DNA from: Candidatus Bipolaricaulota bacterium | GTDB lineage: Bacteria; Bipolaricaulota; Bipolaricaulia; M55B111 | Assembly (NCBI GenBank): GCA_018400715.1 | Contig: JAGYME010000001.1 | Coordinates: 44,940-108,939, forward strand | Reading direction: 5' to 3' | DNA length: 64,000 nt | In this document: positions 27,823 to 38,364 of the stretch, piece after piece | How the letters are laid out: the number at the start of each line of letters is the position of its first letter | How positions within the stretch are numbered: position 1 is the stretch's first letter | Translations under genes and position numbers: made by a program | The notes under the pieces: model-generated | The model's database searches: none | What the model saw: the letters and a program-made list of their open reading frames with translations, nothing else | What the model was told of the DNA's origin: nothing

Positions 27823-28407
27823 ATGAAAACTATACTAGATTTACAGACAACCGAAGAGGCAGCGAATAAGAGCGGGGGTGCCGAGGATGAGAAGATAGTC
27901 CGGTCGTTGACCCCCGTTATCATCGTCGGCCGCGAGGACCTCGCTGAAGAGTACGGTGAAGAGATAGAACTACCGGAAGTTAGACTAGAAGACCAAACCG
28001 GGGGAAATGGGAGGAGTAGAAACTCCCAGAAACCAGTGGAAGTTGACGTCGCCCGGGCGTGGAAGGCCGCAAACGAATGGATACAGGAACTCGTAGTGTA
28101 TCGGGACGAACGTGTACGGAAGAAAATCCACGAAAACCGGGTTAAGGACGAGACAAACCACTACCGAGGCGTAAAGACCGAAGAAAAGTTCAGATGGCAG
28201 TACGATGAAGAGACCATGAAGGACCTCAGGCCGATTTACCGACCGGTAAAGGAAAAGTTGATTGAGGATCTGGGCAATCCTAAGCGGTCAGCGTTTGCTT
28301 CCCTTTTCCCGCACGAGTTCGACGATTTGGGGCTCAGTGGCCGGGCCAGAAGAGCTGTCCGTGACCTGAAGGCAGTCTTTGGCGAGGATATTTTGTTGAA
28401 ATCTTAA
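27823..28407 (+). CDS. hypothetical protein (194 aa, charged, no signal peptide)
   Basis: ORF with AAGGA then ATG; no family recognised. Confidence 0.5.
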   Translation: MKTILDLQTTEEAANKSGGAEDEKIVRSLTPVIIVGREDLAEEYGEEIELPEVRLEDQTGGNGRSRNSQKPVEVDVARAWKAANEWIQELVVYRDERVRKKIHENRVKDETNHYRGVKTEEKFRWQYDEETMKDLRPIYRPVKEKLIEDLGNPKRSAFASLFPHEFDDLGLSGRARRAVRDLKAVFGEDILLKS

Positions 28408-28501
28408 TCTTTTTCAACGAGGGGTGATCCCATAGACCAACTCCCGACCCGGAGCATTATTTTGATTCATTCTTATACCAGAAACTTGGAGGTATTTTAA
28501 C

Positions 28502-29074
28502 ATGACAGAGAAGAAAGACGTAGAAACAGAAGGCGGCGTACTCGAAAACCTAAATCGCCGGGACTTTATTAAGGGTGCTGCCGCAGCAGTCGGCGGTCTG
28601 GCGTTTAGCTCGCTTGCGATTACGAACTTTGAGGCCGCTGCGGCGAACGGACAGGACTACGTTATAGTCACCGAGGTCGTTAAGGGAAGTGCGGGCGCCG
28701 TTGGCGCTCCCTGTGAGCTAACGAGCGTCTTCAAGAAGGGCGAGCAGGTCGTGTGGCACGCTGTCCTATTTAGCGGCAAGACGGGCGAAAAGCTAAACGA
28801 CCACGGGGAGATGCAAAAGCGCGGCGTAAAGGTCCAGGTAGAGCTGGAAAACGGAAAGACGATTGATATGCACCACGGGGAGCACCCGCCAAGCGGAAGC
28901 CCCAAGATCTACTACTGGGCTGGTGCCTGGAAGATCTCACCTGGTGCACCGACAGGCAAGATGACTTATAAGATTACGGCCAAGGACAAGGAAGGGCGGA
29001 CGGGGACCCTTAACATGTTTGGGAAAAAGGACGTAGACACCTTCCCAAGGGCGCTGACGATAGAGAATCGATAA
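28502..29074 (+). CDS. Tat-secreted hypothetical protein (190 aa)
   Basis: Twin-arginine signal NRRDFIKGAAAAVGGLAFSSLA. Confidence 0.6.
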   Translation: MTEKKDVETEGGVLENLNRRDFIKGAAAAVGGLAFSSLAITNFEAAAANGQDYVIVTEVVKGSAGAVGAPCELTSVFKKGEQVVWHAVLFSGKTGEKLNDHGEMQKRGVKVQVELENGKTIDMHHGEHPPSGSPKIYYWAGAWKISPGAPTGKMTYKITAKDKEGRTGTLNMFGKKDVDTFPRALTIENR

Positions 29075-29098
29075 AACGGCCAACAGGAACTCCTCGGT

Positions 29099-29140
29099 AA
29101 AGGGGGCCAGGTCTGGTCCTGGCCCCCTTTACCCTTTTAC
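29099..29140 (+). terminator. rho-independent terminator (13-bp stem AAAGGGGGCCAGG / CCTGGCCCCCTTT plus ACCCTTTTAC)
   Basis: Perfect inverted repeat with a 6-nt loop and a T-rich tail, directly after the stop of 28502..29074. Confidence 0.7.
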
Positions 29141-29154
29141 AAGGACGATATAAT

Positions 29155-30621
29155 ATGGACGAGAAGGACACAAACAGTGGAATAATTCGGGACTTGAACG
29201 AGATGCCCACTCCGGAGACCGGGTTTCAGGGACAGCTCAAGTGCAGTACGGACGAAGCGGAAGTAGGGGATACCGTTGAAATCACCGGTCTGGATCTGCC
29301 CGAGGAGGGTGAATTTCAGCTCCTGTGGAGGTCTTACAGCGTTGACTGGGATATGGAGAGACGGTCGGACGGAATTATCTGGAGGCGGTTCTTCGGGTTT
29401 GCGCACAGAGAAGTCCAGAGGTCCCTGGCTGAGGTGAGGACGGACCCGAACGGACGCTTTTCCCGGGAGTTTGCGGTACCGGAGGACTTCGGCGGACTTC
29501 ACGACATATATCTCATTGACGAAACGCGGCGGATCAACAAGGTCGGCCTCCGGATAGCCCCCAGTTTCGACGTCACTCCGGATTCAGTACCTTTGGGCCA
29601 ACCGATTACAATTACCGCCAAGGGGCTGCCACTTCCAGTTGCCGACTCCGTGGACAACCCCCCATATCACGTCTACTACGACAACAAGTACACGGGACTT
29701 ATAAGTCCCGTAACGCCGGACGGGACGACAAGTTTTACAATCCCTGCGACGGGGGAGAAGGGAACGCACGTGATCGACGTGGAGAGGTGCCCGTTTGGCA
29801 ACGCCCATTCCTACCGGCAGACCCATATAGGGTTGATATCCCTACCCGGGACCCCGGACCTGTCCTGGACATTTGAGTTGACGGGTGGCGAGCCGAACCT
29901 CCCCCCGCCGATCGAAGAGCAGACTCCCGCTCCGGTGATGAGACAGGGAGAAGAGGCGCCCGCAGAGAAGAATCCATCTCTGTGGACTGAGGAACGGGCG
30001 ATACCGGTAACCGGTACGGTGAACCTTAGCGGGGTTGGGTTCCCGCAGGACGCGGACGTAAAGATCGCCTGGTCACAGCTCGAGGGTAGTAACCTGCGCG
30101 AGGAGAGGTTTTCCGAGCGAGAAGCGGTCGTAGTCTGGGCGGAGGCCGACGGTGAGGGAAGATTTTCAGCGCAGATGGCCCCCATGCCGGCGACCGTCCA
30201 GGGTGGCCCCCATCCGATAAGCGCTTACGTTGAAGGAGAGAAGGTAGCAACTGCTTCAGTTATCGTCCTCCCCCAATTCAAGGAACTTGACCCCGATAGT
30301 GGACCCCCCGGGACGCAGATTACGGTAAACGGGGAGGGCGTGGGCTGGAACGAGATGTGGAATCAGGTGACGATCCTCTACGACAACTCCTACATAGGTT
30401 ACGTCTGTGGTGGGGATATCCCGGGGGTGGTAGAGGGAAAGCTCAGAGCGACGGGCCAGCCCGGCTGGCACATCATCGACCTCTACCCGACCATCCAGAA
30501 ACAGAGAAATTTCGCCGACGAGGCGTTTGAGATCCCGTTTATCTATCGGTTGCCGTTTTTAAACTGGGACTCCCACCCACAGGGTTATCATTTTAGGTAC
30601 GCGTTTCGGGTTGAAGAGTGA
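29155..30621 (+). CDS. hypothetical protein with Ig-like/IPT-like repeats (488 aa)
   Basis: Repeated ...GxPITITAKGLP... and GPPGTQITVNGEG segments; no signal peptide. Confidence 0.5.
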   Translation: MDEKDTNSGIIRDLNEMPTPETGFQGQLKCSTDEAEVGDTVEITGLDLPEEGEFQLLWRSYSVDWDMERRSDGIIWRRFFGFAHREVQRSLAEVRTDPNGRFSREFAVPEDFGGLHDIYLIDETRRINKVGLRIAPSFDVTPDSVPLGQPITITAKGLPLPVADSVDNPPYHVYYDNKYTGLISPVTPDGTTSFTIPATGEKGTHVIDVERCPFGNAHSYRQTHIGLISLPGTPDLSWTFELTGGEPNLPPPIEEQTPAPVMRQGEEAPAEKNPSLWTEERAIPVTGTVNLSGVGFPQDADVKIAWSQLEGSNLREERFSEREAVVVWAEADGEGRFSAQMAPMPATVQGGPHPISAYVEGEKVATASVIVLPQFKELDPDSGPPGTQITVNGEGVGWNEMWNQVTILYDNSYIGYVCGGDIPGVVEGKLRATGQPGWHIIDLYPTIQKQRNFADEAFEIPFIYRLPFLNWDSHPQGYHFRYAFRVEE

Positions 30622-31973
30622 GGTGGCTGACTTTGTGTGAAGACGACAAGAACACTGGAAAGAAATCCCTGACCAGACGGAGTTTGCTGAGGATAGCCGG
30701 CGGTAGCTTGCTCTCGCTATCCCTCCCATTTTACGCGGGTGAATTCGTCTCGGGTGCTGAGAACACGTTGAAGGTGGGGGGAATATTTTCCCTGACCGGG
30801 CCCAACTCTCCGGTGGGCAGGACTATACGGGATGGTGCGAAGTTGGCCATCCGGAGAGTAAATTCTTCCGGTGGAATATCCGGAACGATACCGCTGAAAC
30901 TGGACGTCAGGGATGGGGAGACGAGCCAAACCGGCGCCTCGGACGCGGCGCGGAAGCTAGCGAACCGGAAGGAGGTCAGCTTTGTCTTGGGCCCTCTAAT
31001 CGGCACTCATGGGGCAGCCAGCCAGCCGATCCTGGCCGCCGCCGGGATACCGCAAATCTTCTTCGGGACCGCGGTGGGGTTTACCGAGCGCCACGGGGAA
31101 TATCCGCTCTCGGTCCGGTTTGGAACACAGACTGCACTCCAGACCGCTCCCGTGTTGAAGTACGCCCTCAACGAACGAGGGGATGGAGATTTATTTTTGC
31201 TGGCCCCGAACAACCAGCAGGGCCGGGACTTCGACAGAGTTATCTCCGCCCAGACAGGGAGGTTGCAGGGTGCTGATCTTGTCGGTTCCGAGTACTACCC
31301 ACCGTTCAACCGAGACTTTTCTTCACTATTTGCGAAGGCAGTCAACTCCGGCGCTGATGGACTGATAGTCGGTACGGGCATTCCTGCGGACCTGGTCTCT
31401 CTCGCCAGGGAGTACCGTCGTCAGGGGGTAAGCTTCGATGACTTCGGTTATTACACTGGCCAGACGCCCAATGGATCGGTCGGTTTCTTCGAACAGGTCG
31501 TGGAGCGGGGACTTGGAGACGGGATAATTTTCTCCTGGCACTACGAGAGCGCGAATTACGCACGGGAGTTCGACCGCGATAATCCGCCCGAAGGAGTGGA
31601 GCTCATGGAGCGGGCGTTCCTGGAGGAATTTGGTTCTTACCCCGACTCCCCTCCTGCTGCCAGCTGGGGCTGGGGGAGTATAATGATTCTCAAGCAGGCG
31701 ATCGAAAGACTCGTCGAGGCCCGAGGAGAGGATTCGGTAGTTTCCTCCTTGAAAACTGGGAAACTCCCCCAAGATACTATCAACTACATCCTGCCCGAGC
31801 CCGGTACTGAAGTGACGGGACCGGTGTTTTACACGCCATTTGGCAACGCAGGATTTCTTAGCTGCGGTCAGTTTGACGTAAGGTTGGGGGTTGCCACGTT
31901 TAAAGACAGAGAGATATTGCTGCTCAAGGATCGGGGCTACGGTGAAGATATCATGGTGCCACTGTGTCCGTAG
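30618..31973 (+). CDS. ABC transporter substrate-binding protein, branched-chain amino acid (LivJ/LivK, cluster 4) family. Start may be TTG at 30633.
   Basis: Tat-like leader TRRSLLRIAGGSLLSLSLPFYAG; periplasmic-binding fold I motifs; GAGGTGG RBS before 30633. Confidence 0.75.
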   Translation: MRWLTLCEDDKNTGKKSLTRRSLLRIAGGSLLSLSLPFYAGEFVSGAENTLKVGGIFSLTGPNSPVGRTIRDGAKLAIRRVNSSGGISGTIPLKLDVRDGETSQTGASDAARKLANRKEVSFVLGPLIGTHGAASQPILAAAGIPQIFFGTAVGFTERHGEYPLSVRFGTQTALQTAPVLKYALNERGDGDLFLLAPNNQQGRDFDRVISAQTGRLQGADLVGSEYYPPFNRDFSSLFAKAVNSGADGLIVGTGIPADLVSLAREYRRQGVSFDDFGYYTGQTPNGSVGFFEQVVERGLGDGIIFSWHYESANYAREFDRDNPPEGVELMERAFLEEFGSYPDSPPAASWGWGSIMILKQAIERLVEARGEDSVVSSLKTGKLPQDTINYILPEPGTEVTGPVFYTPFGNAGFLSCGQFDVRLGVATFKDREILLLKDRGYGEDIMVPLCP

Positions 31974-31989
31974 ACGGAGAGGCCGACCG

Positions 31990-33903
31990 ATGAACCCAGC
32001 CCTTTTGCTGCCGAAGTTTTTGTTCGACGGTCTGTTTCTGGGTAGCTACTACGGCCTTATCGCCCTGGGTATTGCGATAATCTTTGGAATACTTAAAGTG
32101 GGAGACGTCGCTCAAGGTGGTCTGTTCGCTCTCGGTGCATATCTCACCTATACGACCGTGGAAACTCTAGGTCTGAACTACTTCTGGGCGCCGGCGGTAG
32201 TCCTGCCGGCCACGGCCGGATTAAGCGTCCTGTATGGAACGACAATTTATCGGAAGCTACGCAAAAACGGTATCGCGGCGACCTTCCTCGGGGCAGTTAG
32301 CCTCCTCTTAATTATTCAGAGCCTCCTTGCGGTCGGCTACGGCGAGAGGGTCAAGACGATTGAGTCCCCTCTCGTTCCCGCCAGCGTAAACGTCGGGGGC
32401 GCGTCGATCTACTCCCACAAAATTCTTGTAATCCTTGTTACCGCGGCGGTCGCCAGTCTCGTCTGGTACGGCGTGAGGAAGACAACCTGGGGCAGGTCAC
32501 TCCGTGCCCTGTCTCAAAACTACGAGATTGCCGTAATGTCGGGAATAAATCCAACGGTTACGGTCGGTGTCGCCTTTGCTCTTGCCGGCGGACTAGCGGG
32601 GTTTTCCGGGTTTTTGACCGCGCCCGTCTACTCGATTACACCGTTTACGGGAAGGTTGACGGTCCTAAAGGCATTCGTGGTCTCCCGAATCGGAGGCGGT
32701 TCGGTCCCCGCGGTACTCGGGCTGGCGCTGGCTCTGGGCCTGTCGGAATCGCTGACCTCCGCGTACTTTCTTGGTGAGTTGAGTAACCTCATTCCGTTTC
32801 TCCTCTTGATCGGGGTCGCGCTGTTCAGGCCGGGCGTCCTTGGTCCCGAGGAAAGAACGTGGATCGAAAGTTCGAAGGTTGAAGGCGAGAGTTCCGCCTT
32901 TCCTACCTTCGACGGATACCTGACCCTCTTGTTACCTGCGGTATTCCTGATACCGGTACTGGTTGACCTGCCCGCCTACTTTACCGACCTGGGGATCACC
33001 GTCGCGGCGTTATCGAGCGGGGTAATGAGCGTGGACCTTTTGTACGGCTACGTCGGGTTGCCCTCGCTCGTCCAGGGGGCCTTCTTCGGGGTCGGGGCCT
33101 ATGCGGCGACGACGGTAATCGTGGAAACGGGCGGTGGCCTGGCCTTAGCTCTCCTTGTCGCCGTTGTGTCCGCCTCCGTCCTCGGAGCCGTGGTGGGGGT
33201 TATGGGCCTGCGGGCGGGACGGCACTGGACCTCGTTTACGTTCATCATGACGATCGTCTTCACGGTCGTTGCCACGAATTTAGTCTCACTTACCGGTGGT
33301 CCCGGCGGGATCCCGGGGATAACGGAGGTTTTTATTCGGCTCCCTGTTCTGGGACGTGTCGACTTAAATCCGTTTACGAGCAGGTGGAGCTTCTATTTAA
33401 TCGTCGCCTCCGTCTTCGCGATTCTCTTCTGGCTGAAGGGCCTGATCGTGAGGTCACGGTTCGGCCACTCGCTCGAGGCGATACGGGAGGACGAGAGGCT
33501 GGCGGAATCGATAGGAATACCGGTCGGAAGGTACAAGCTAGTTGCCTTCACGATAAGCGCTGCCGTTGCCGGGATCGGGGGAGCGCTTTACGCCGGTTAC
33601 ACGACCTATATTAACCCGGAAATGTTTAACTTCGTTACCTCGTTCAGGTTCCTGATGATGGATAGGATAGGCGGGGTGGGGACCCCGCTCGGCCCCGTGG
33701 TGGGCCCTTTATTAATTACCCTGCTCGAGGACCTGACCGAACCCCTCAACTCCTATTTGGGTCAGATTATCTTTAGCGGAGCGCTGATCGTCACCCTCGC
33801 CTGGCTCCCGGGCGGGATTGTTGGTCTCGCCGGGCGGGTCCTGAGTAAGTTTTTCCCCGGCGGTAACGCGGGCGGTACGGCAGAAGAACGAGGGGGTGAG
33901 TAA
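31990..33903 (+). CDS. ABC transporter permease, fused LivH-LivM type (two BPD domains)
   Basis: MNPALLLPKFLFDGLFLGSYYGLIALGIAIIFG is a LivH-like start and a second LivM-like half follows. The longer ORF start at 31891 overlapping the SBP is rejected. Confidence 0.8.
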   Translation: MNPALLLPKFLFDGLFLGSYYGLIALGIAIIFGILKVGDVAQGGLFALGAYLTYTTVETLGLNYFWAPAVVLPATAGLSVLYGTTIYRKLRKNGIAATFLGAVSLLLIIQSLLAVGYGERVKTIESPLVPASVNVGGASIYSHKILVILVTAAVASLVWYGVRKTTWGRSLRALSQNYEIAVMSGINPTVTVGVAFALAGGLAGFSGFLTAPVYSITPFTGRLTVLKAFVVSRIGGGSVPAVLGLALALGLSESLTSAYFLGELSNLIPFLLLIGVALFRPGVLGPEERTWIESSKVEGESSAFPTFDGYLTLLLPAVFLIPVLVDLPAYFTDLGITVAALSSGVMSVDLLYGYVGLPSLVQGAFFGVGAYAATTVIVETGGGLALALLVAVVSASVLGAVVGVMGLRAGRHWTSFTFIMTIVFTVVATNLVSLTGGPGGIPGITEVFIRLPVLGRVDLNPFTSRWSFYLIVASVFAILFWLKGLIVRSRFGHSLEAIREDERLAESIGIPVGRYKLVAFTISAAVAGIGGALYAGYTTYINPEMFNFVTSFRFLMMDRIGGVGTPLGPVVGPLLITLLEDLTEPLNSYLGQIIFSGALIVTLAWLPGGIVGLAGRVLSKFFPGGNAGGTAEERGGE

Positions 33904-33924
33904 TCGTCTCGAGGGACAAAGCCT

Positions 33925-34596
33925 ATGTCTGAAATTCTGCGGGTGGAAGGGCTGAGCAAAGAGTTTGGAGGTCTAACGGCGGTGGACGGAGTTAACCTGA
34001 CCGTCAACGGTGGAAAGATCGTTGGTCTGGTGGGTCCAAATGGAGCGGGAAAGACGACATTGTTCAACCTGATCAGCGGGTTTCTCGCCCCTTCCTCCGG
34101 GGACATGTACTTTCGCGGGAAGAGAATTAACCGCTGGAGCGTCCGCAGGCGTGTTTTGGCGGGGATCACGAGGACGTTTCAGAAGAGCAGAGTATTTCCC
34201 GGTTTTTCCGTTAGGGAAAACGTACTCACCGCGGCCCACGGTTCCGGCGGCGGCGGCGAGTTCTACGATGAAAAGGACGACTTCCTTGACTGGCTGCTGG
34301 GAACGACGAAGCTTGCCGGTTACGGGGACCGGCACGCCCGGGACCTTTCCTTCAGTTACAGGCGGAGGCTGGAACTGACTATCGCGGTCGCCACCCGCCC
34401 TGAACTGCTCCTGCTCGACGAGCCCTTCGGCGGGACGGGGGTGGGAGACTTAAGCGATTTGTCCCGGCTCCTCCAGCTCCTCCGGGACGAGGGGATGACG
34501 TTACTTCTTGTTGAGCACAACATCTCCGCCGTGGCGGGGATCGCAGACAGGTTGATTTACATGGAGAAGGGGAGGTTGAGGATACCGAATGGATAG
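33925..34596 (+). CDS. ABC transporter ATP-binding protein (LivG-like) with degenerate signature motif
   Basis: Walker A GPNGAGKTT, Walker B LLLLDEP, H-loop VEHN. The signature region reads LSFSYRRRLE instead of LxYGQQRRLE. Confidence 0.8.
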   Translation: MSEILRVEGLSKEFGGLTAVDGVNLTVNGGKIVGLVGPNGAGKTTLFNLISGFLAPSSGDMYFRGKRINRWSVRRRVLAGITRTFQKSRVFPGFSVRENVLTAAHGSGGGGEFYDEKDDFLDWLLGTTKLAGYGDRHARDLSFSYRRRLELTIAVATRPELLLLDEPFGGTGVGDLSDLSRLLQLLRDEGMTLLLVEHNISAVAGIADRLIYMEKGRLRIPNG

Positions 34597-35254
34597 GGCT
34601 CTGGGCGTAACTGACGTGACTCTGGAATCGCCGGCCGGGAGGATACTTGACGGCGTGAACCTGGCGGTATCCTCTGGAGAGATCGTGGCACTGGTGGGGG
34701 AGAACGGCTCCGGGAAGACGATGACGCTGAGGTCGGTAGCCGGACTGGAGCCTCGAGCGTCTGGAAGGATCCGATTTATGAGCGAAGATATCACTGACCT
34801 TAGCCCTGAACGTAGGGTGAGGCGGGGAATAAGTTACTGTCCGTCGGAGGGGAACGTATTCCCGCGGATGAGCGTGAGGGAGAACCTGGCCACGGGAGCA
34901 GCCCTTCTCCCAGGAGACCTGGATGAGGGTATACGAGACGTTTATGAGATGTTTCCCTCTCTCGAGCGGTTAAGCACTCGTCGAGCTAGCTCCCTGAGCG
35001 GTGGCGAGCAGCAGGTCCTCGCGCTGGCCAGGGCGATAACGGTCAGCCCGGAGTTGCTCCTGCTTGACGAGTTCTCCCTCGGACTCTCACAGGTGGTCTT
35101 AAGTAGGATGGCGGGGGTGGTAAGGGAAATTAACGCATCAGGCGTTACGGTCCTCTTCGTGGAACAGAACCTACGCCTGGCTGCGGATTTGTCGGACCGA
35201 GACTACTACATGTACGAAGGTAGAGTTGTGGATGAAGACGTTCTGAGACCTTGA
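34589..35254 (+). CDS. ABC transporter ATP-binding protein (LivF-like)
   Basis: GENGSGKTM Walker A, LSGGEQQ signature, LLLLDEFS Walker B. Confidence 0.8.
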   Translation: MDRALGVTDVTLESPAGRILDGVNLAVSSGEIVALVGENGSGKTMTLRSVAGLEPRASGRIRFMSEDITDLSPERRVRRGISYCPSEGNVFPRMSVRENLATGAALLPGDLDEGIRDVYEMFPSLERLSTRRASSLSGGEQQVLALARAITVSPELLLLDEFSLGLSQVVLSRMAGVVREINASGVTVLFVEQNLRLAADLSDRDYYMYEGRVVDEDVLRP

Positions 35255-35270
35255 CGGTAAAAGGAGAAAT

Positions 35271-37001
35271 ATGGAGATATTCGAGCACGACTTGCTAATT
35301 GTTGGTGGCGGTGCGGCCGGGTTGAGGGCCGCGATTGCGGCTCGCGAGCACGTTGACGACGTCGGGATAATCTCGAAGGTCAACGTCTTACGGTCGCACT
35401 CGGTGACGGCCCAGGGAGGGATCTCTGCGCCACTGGGCAACACCGGCGAGGGCGTTGACGACAGTTGGAGGGTCCACTTTGAGGACACGGTCCGTGGTGG
35501 AGATGGACTCGTGGACCACGATGCCTGTGAGATTCTGACGAAGGGCGCGAGCGGAACGGTTTTAGAGCTGGATAACATGGGCGTGCCGTTCAATCGGACG
35601 GAGGACGGGAGGCTTGACCAGCGTCCCTTTGGTGGTCACAGCTTGCCGAGATCCCTGTATGCCGCGGACCGGACCGGCCACGGGATTACCTACGCTCTGT
35701 ACGGGGAAAACGTCCGGCTTGACAACGCCGTTTACAACGAGTTCTTCCTGCTTGACCTCGTGGCGGACGGGGCGAGAGTCAATGGGTTGACGGCTTATAA
35801 CATGAAGTCCGGGGAAGTGGTCGGTTTCAGGGGGAAGTCGGTCGTCCTTGCCACAGGTGGGTGCACTCAGGCGTTCGCGCATACCACAAGCGGGGCGGCT
35901 AGTACGGGAGACGGCCTAGGTATCGCGATGAGAAACGGGATACCGCTTGAGGATATGGAGTTCATCCAGTTTCATCCCACCGGACTTCCCGGAAGCGGGA
36001 TACTGATCTCGGAGGCCGCACGGGGTGAGGGCGGCTATCTGATTAACGACGACGGGGAAAGGTTCATGAAACGCTACGACCCCGAGAAGATGGAACTCTC
36101 ATCGCGGGACCGGGTCGTGCGGGGAATGCAGCGGGAAATCGAACGTGGTAAAGGGATCGACGGGGAGGACTACCTCCACCTTGACCTGACTCACCTATCC
36201 CGGCGTACTCTGGAAGAGAAGCTACCGACGATCAGCCAGATAGCTGAGGACTTTGCCAAGGTCGACCCTTCGGAGAGGCCGATTCCCGTGCGGCCGACCG
36301 CCCACTACTGCATGGGAGGAATACCCGTAACACTAAACGGCCGCGTCAAGGGGTCAAGTTGGGGAAACACCTGGGATAACCTGTTTGCGGCCGGAGAAGC
36401 TGCTTGTTTGAGCGTCCACGGGGCCAACCGGCTGGGGACTAACTCCCTGCTGGAGGCTGTGGTTTTCGGAAAGAGGATCGGGGCGGTGGCTGGAAGGACC
36501 GCGGAGGAGGGCAGTTTTGGTAAGTTGCCACGAGAGACGCTGAACCAGCAAGAAAAATATCTCACGGAGCTGAGGGAAAAAGATGGCACGGTCCGATTGG
36601 GAGAGATAAAGTCACGCCTGCGGGAGTTAACCTGGAATAAGTGCGGGGTGTTCAGAAATCAATCGGATCTGGAAGAAGCGAATGATGAGATTTATGAACT
36701 CAGGCGTACCTTCTCAGAAGAGCTTACCCTGGACGACCGGGGTTGTAAGTTCAACACCGAACTGCGCTCTGCTCTGGAGCTCCGTAATCTCCTGGAATTC
36801 GTCCCAGCAGTTCTTCTGGGCGCTTACAAGAGGACTGAAAGCCGGGGAGCCCATTACAGGGAGGACTATCCCGAGAAGGACGATGGAAACTGGGCGGTCC
36901 ATTCTTATGTTGTCAGGACAAACGAGGGACGCTACGGTGTGGACTATAGACCGGTCCGAAATGATACGGGCCGCGGAACAACAGACGAGGGAGGTGAGTG
37001 A
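35271..37001 (+). CDS. sdhA: succinate dehydrogenase / fumarate reductase flavoprotein subunit
   Basis: [17 protein letters not shown] fold, [10 protein letters not shown] covalent-FAD His region, HPTG and RLGTNSL catalytic motifs. AAGGAG RBS; 17 bp after the end of livF. Confidence 0.85.
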   Translation: MEIFEHDLLIVGGGAAGLRAAIAAREHVDDVGIISKVNVLRSHSVTAQGGISAPLGNTGEGVDDSWRVHFEDTVRGGDGLVDHDACEILTKGASGTVLELDNMGVPFNRTEDGRLDQRPFGGHSLPRSLYAADRTGHGITYALYGENVRLDNAVYNEFFLLDLVADGARVNGLTAYNMKSGEVVGFRGKSVVLATGGCTQAFAHTTSGAASTGDGLGIAMRNGIPLEDMEFIQFHPTGLPGSGILISEAARGEGGYLINDDGERFMKRYDPEKMELSSRDRVVRGMQREIERGKGIDGEDYLHLDLTHLSRRTLEEKLPTISQIAEDFAKVDPSERPIPVRPTAHYCMGGIPVTLNGRVKGSSWGNTWDNLFAAGEAACLSVHGANRLGTNSLLEAVVFGKRIGAVAGRTAEEGSFGKLPRETLNQQEKYLTELREKDGTVRLGEIKSRLRELTWNKCGVFRNQSDLEEANDEIYELRRTFSEELTLDDRGCKFNTELRSALELRNLLEFVPAVLLGAYKRTESRGAHYREDYPEKDDGNWAVHSYVVRTNEGRYGVDYRPVRNDTGRGTTDEGGE

Positions 37002-37002
37002 A

Positions 37003-37725
37003 GTGAAGGTTACGTTTAGGATAAGCCGCTACGACCCGGAAACGAACGAGGGCAGTTATGTTGAAGATTTTTTACTGGAGGTAGAGGAGTATGAACTCAC
37101 TGAGGTCACCGTACTTGACGCCTTAGTGGAGATAAAGGAGGACCAGGACGGAAGCCTTACGTTCAGGCACGGGTGCGGGCACGGTTCGTGTGGGTCATGC
37201 GCGGTCTTGATAAACGAAAAGAACCGCCTGGCCTGTGAGACGCATCTCGACGATCTGGAGTTGGATGAGAAAACCGTAGTGGAGGTGTCATCCCTGCCCG
37301 GGTTCCCGACGATAAAGGACCTGGTGGTGGACATGGATAACTTCTTTCGCAACGACAGGTTGGCCCGACCGTTCATCTCCGGCGAGGATGAGAGATCGGG
37401 ACCGACCGAGACTGAGCAGACTCCGGGCGAGCTAAGGAGGATATTGGAGGCGACCGAGTGCATTAACTGCGGAGCCTGCACCGCCTCTTGTCCGACTTAC
37501 TGGGAAAACGAGGGCTACCTGGGGCCGGCTGCGCTCGTCAGGGCCTATCGGTGGATGGAGGATAGCAGAAACTCCGAGATCGAGGAGCGGCTGGCCGCCC
37601 TCGATGACGAGAAGGACGGGGTCTGGGGGTGCAACAAGTTTTTCAACTGTCTCGAGGCCTGCCCCAAGGAGATAGATACGGTGGGAATTATCGAGGCGTT
37701 GAAGCGCTCGGTCATCACCTCTTAG
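37003..37725 (+). CDS. sdhB: succinate dehydrogenase / fumarate reductase iron-sulfur subunit
   Basis: CGHGSCGSCAV ([2Fe-2S]), CINCGACTASCP ([4Fe-4S]), CNKFFNCLEACP ([3Fe-4S]). GTG start after GGAGGTGA; the ORF-track N-terminal extension is rejected. Confidence 0.8.
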   Translation: MKVTFRISRYDPETNEGSYVEDFLLEVEEYELTEVTVLDALVEIKEDQDGSLTFRHGCGHGSCGSCAVLINEKNRLACETHLDDLELDEKTVVEVSSLPGFPTIKDLVVDMDNFFRNDRLARPFISGEDERSGPTETEQTPGELRRILEATECINCGACTASCPTYWENEGYLGPAALVRAYRWMEDSRNSEIEERLAALDDEKDGVWGCNKFFNCLEACPKEIDTVGIIEALKRSVITS

Positions 37726-37744
37726 GTTGGTAATAGCATGCTGA

Positions 37745-37764
37745 TATATTACAATTGTTATAAT
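37745..37764 (+). promoter_or_regulatory. extended -10 promoter TATATTACAATTGT-TATAAT (TGn-TATAAT), sharing an 18-bp motif with 27677-27695
   Basis: TATTACAATTGTTATAAT is identical at both loci; it lies 39 bp upstream of the 37803 start. Confidence 0.45.
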
Positions 37765-37802
37765 ATTGGTAAAGAATATGAGATGACTCGAGGAGGTTAA
37801 AA

Positions 37803-38300
37803 ATGGAAACGCGGACTGTGAACGCTGAAAGTTATTCCCTGGGGATGAGGTTTACCATGCTCCTGGCCAGGATCGGTACGGGGGCGAGTTTGATCGGAGT
37901 TGGTCTCAGGTTGCTCGTTGGGGGCGGTTGGGACGCCTGGAATGTGGTGGGCGTCTTCCTGCCGACTACGTACCCCCGCGGACCAGTCGGGAAGATACTT
38001 CTTAACTTCTGGGGCAACCCGGCCGTAATCCAGCTGTTGCTATGGGCTCTAGTCCTCGTTGGGCTGGCACTGGTCTTCGGGCTCGCGCTCAGACTGGCAA
38101 GCTACGGAGGGATGCTGATAATGCTGTTGATGTATCTGGCGGTCGTCCCCCCGGGATCGGCAATTATAAGCCAGCAGATCATTTACCTGTTTTTATTGAT
38201 GGTACTTGCGGTAGGGGAAGCTGGGACGGTATTAGGATTCGACTCGTTTCTCCTTCCACTGGAGGAAAAGTATCCATGGGTAAGGTACTTCCTCCGTTAA
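37803..38300 (+). CDS. DoxX-like small integral membrane protein (4 TM)
   Basis: 165 aa, four hydrophobic helices with a Gly-rich pattern resembling the DoxX/DoxD family; GAGGAGGT RBS. Confidence 0.45.
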   Translation: METRTVNAESYSLGMRFTMLLARIGTGASLIGVGLRLLVGGGWDAWNVVGVFLPTTYPRGPVGKILLNFWGNPAVIQLLLWALVLVGLALVFGLALRLASYGGMLIMLLMYLAVVPPGSAIISQQIIYLFLLMVLAVGEAGTVLGFDSFLLPLEEKYPWVRYFLR

Positions 38301-38364
38301 CTTGATATGGCCTTTATTATGCCAACGAAGTCAGAAAATCTGAATTTCTTTAGGAGCGTTGAAC

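Noticed and set aside
31891-31989. Upstream extension of the LivHM permease ORF overlapping the binding-protein gene
   Set aside because: The ATG at 31990 with GGAGAGG 8 nt upstream gives the conserved LivH N-terminus (MNPALLLPKFLFDGL...).
36682-37002. Long N-terminal extension of the sdhB ORF overlapping the 3' end of sdhA
   Set aside because: It is in a different frame within sdhA. A GTG at 37003 preceded by GGAGGTGA gives a canonical SdhB N-terminus.
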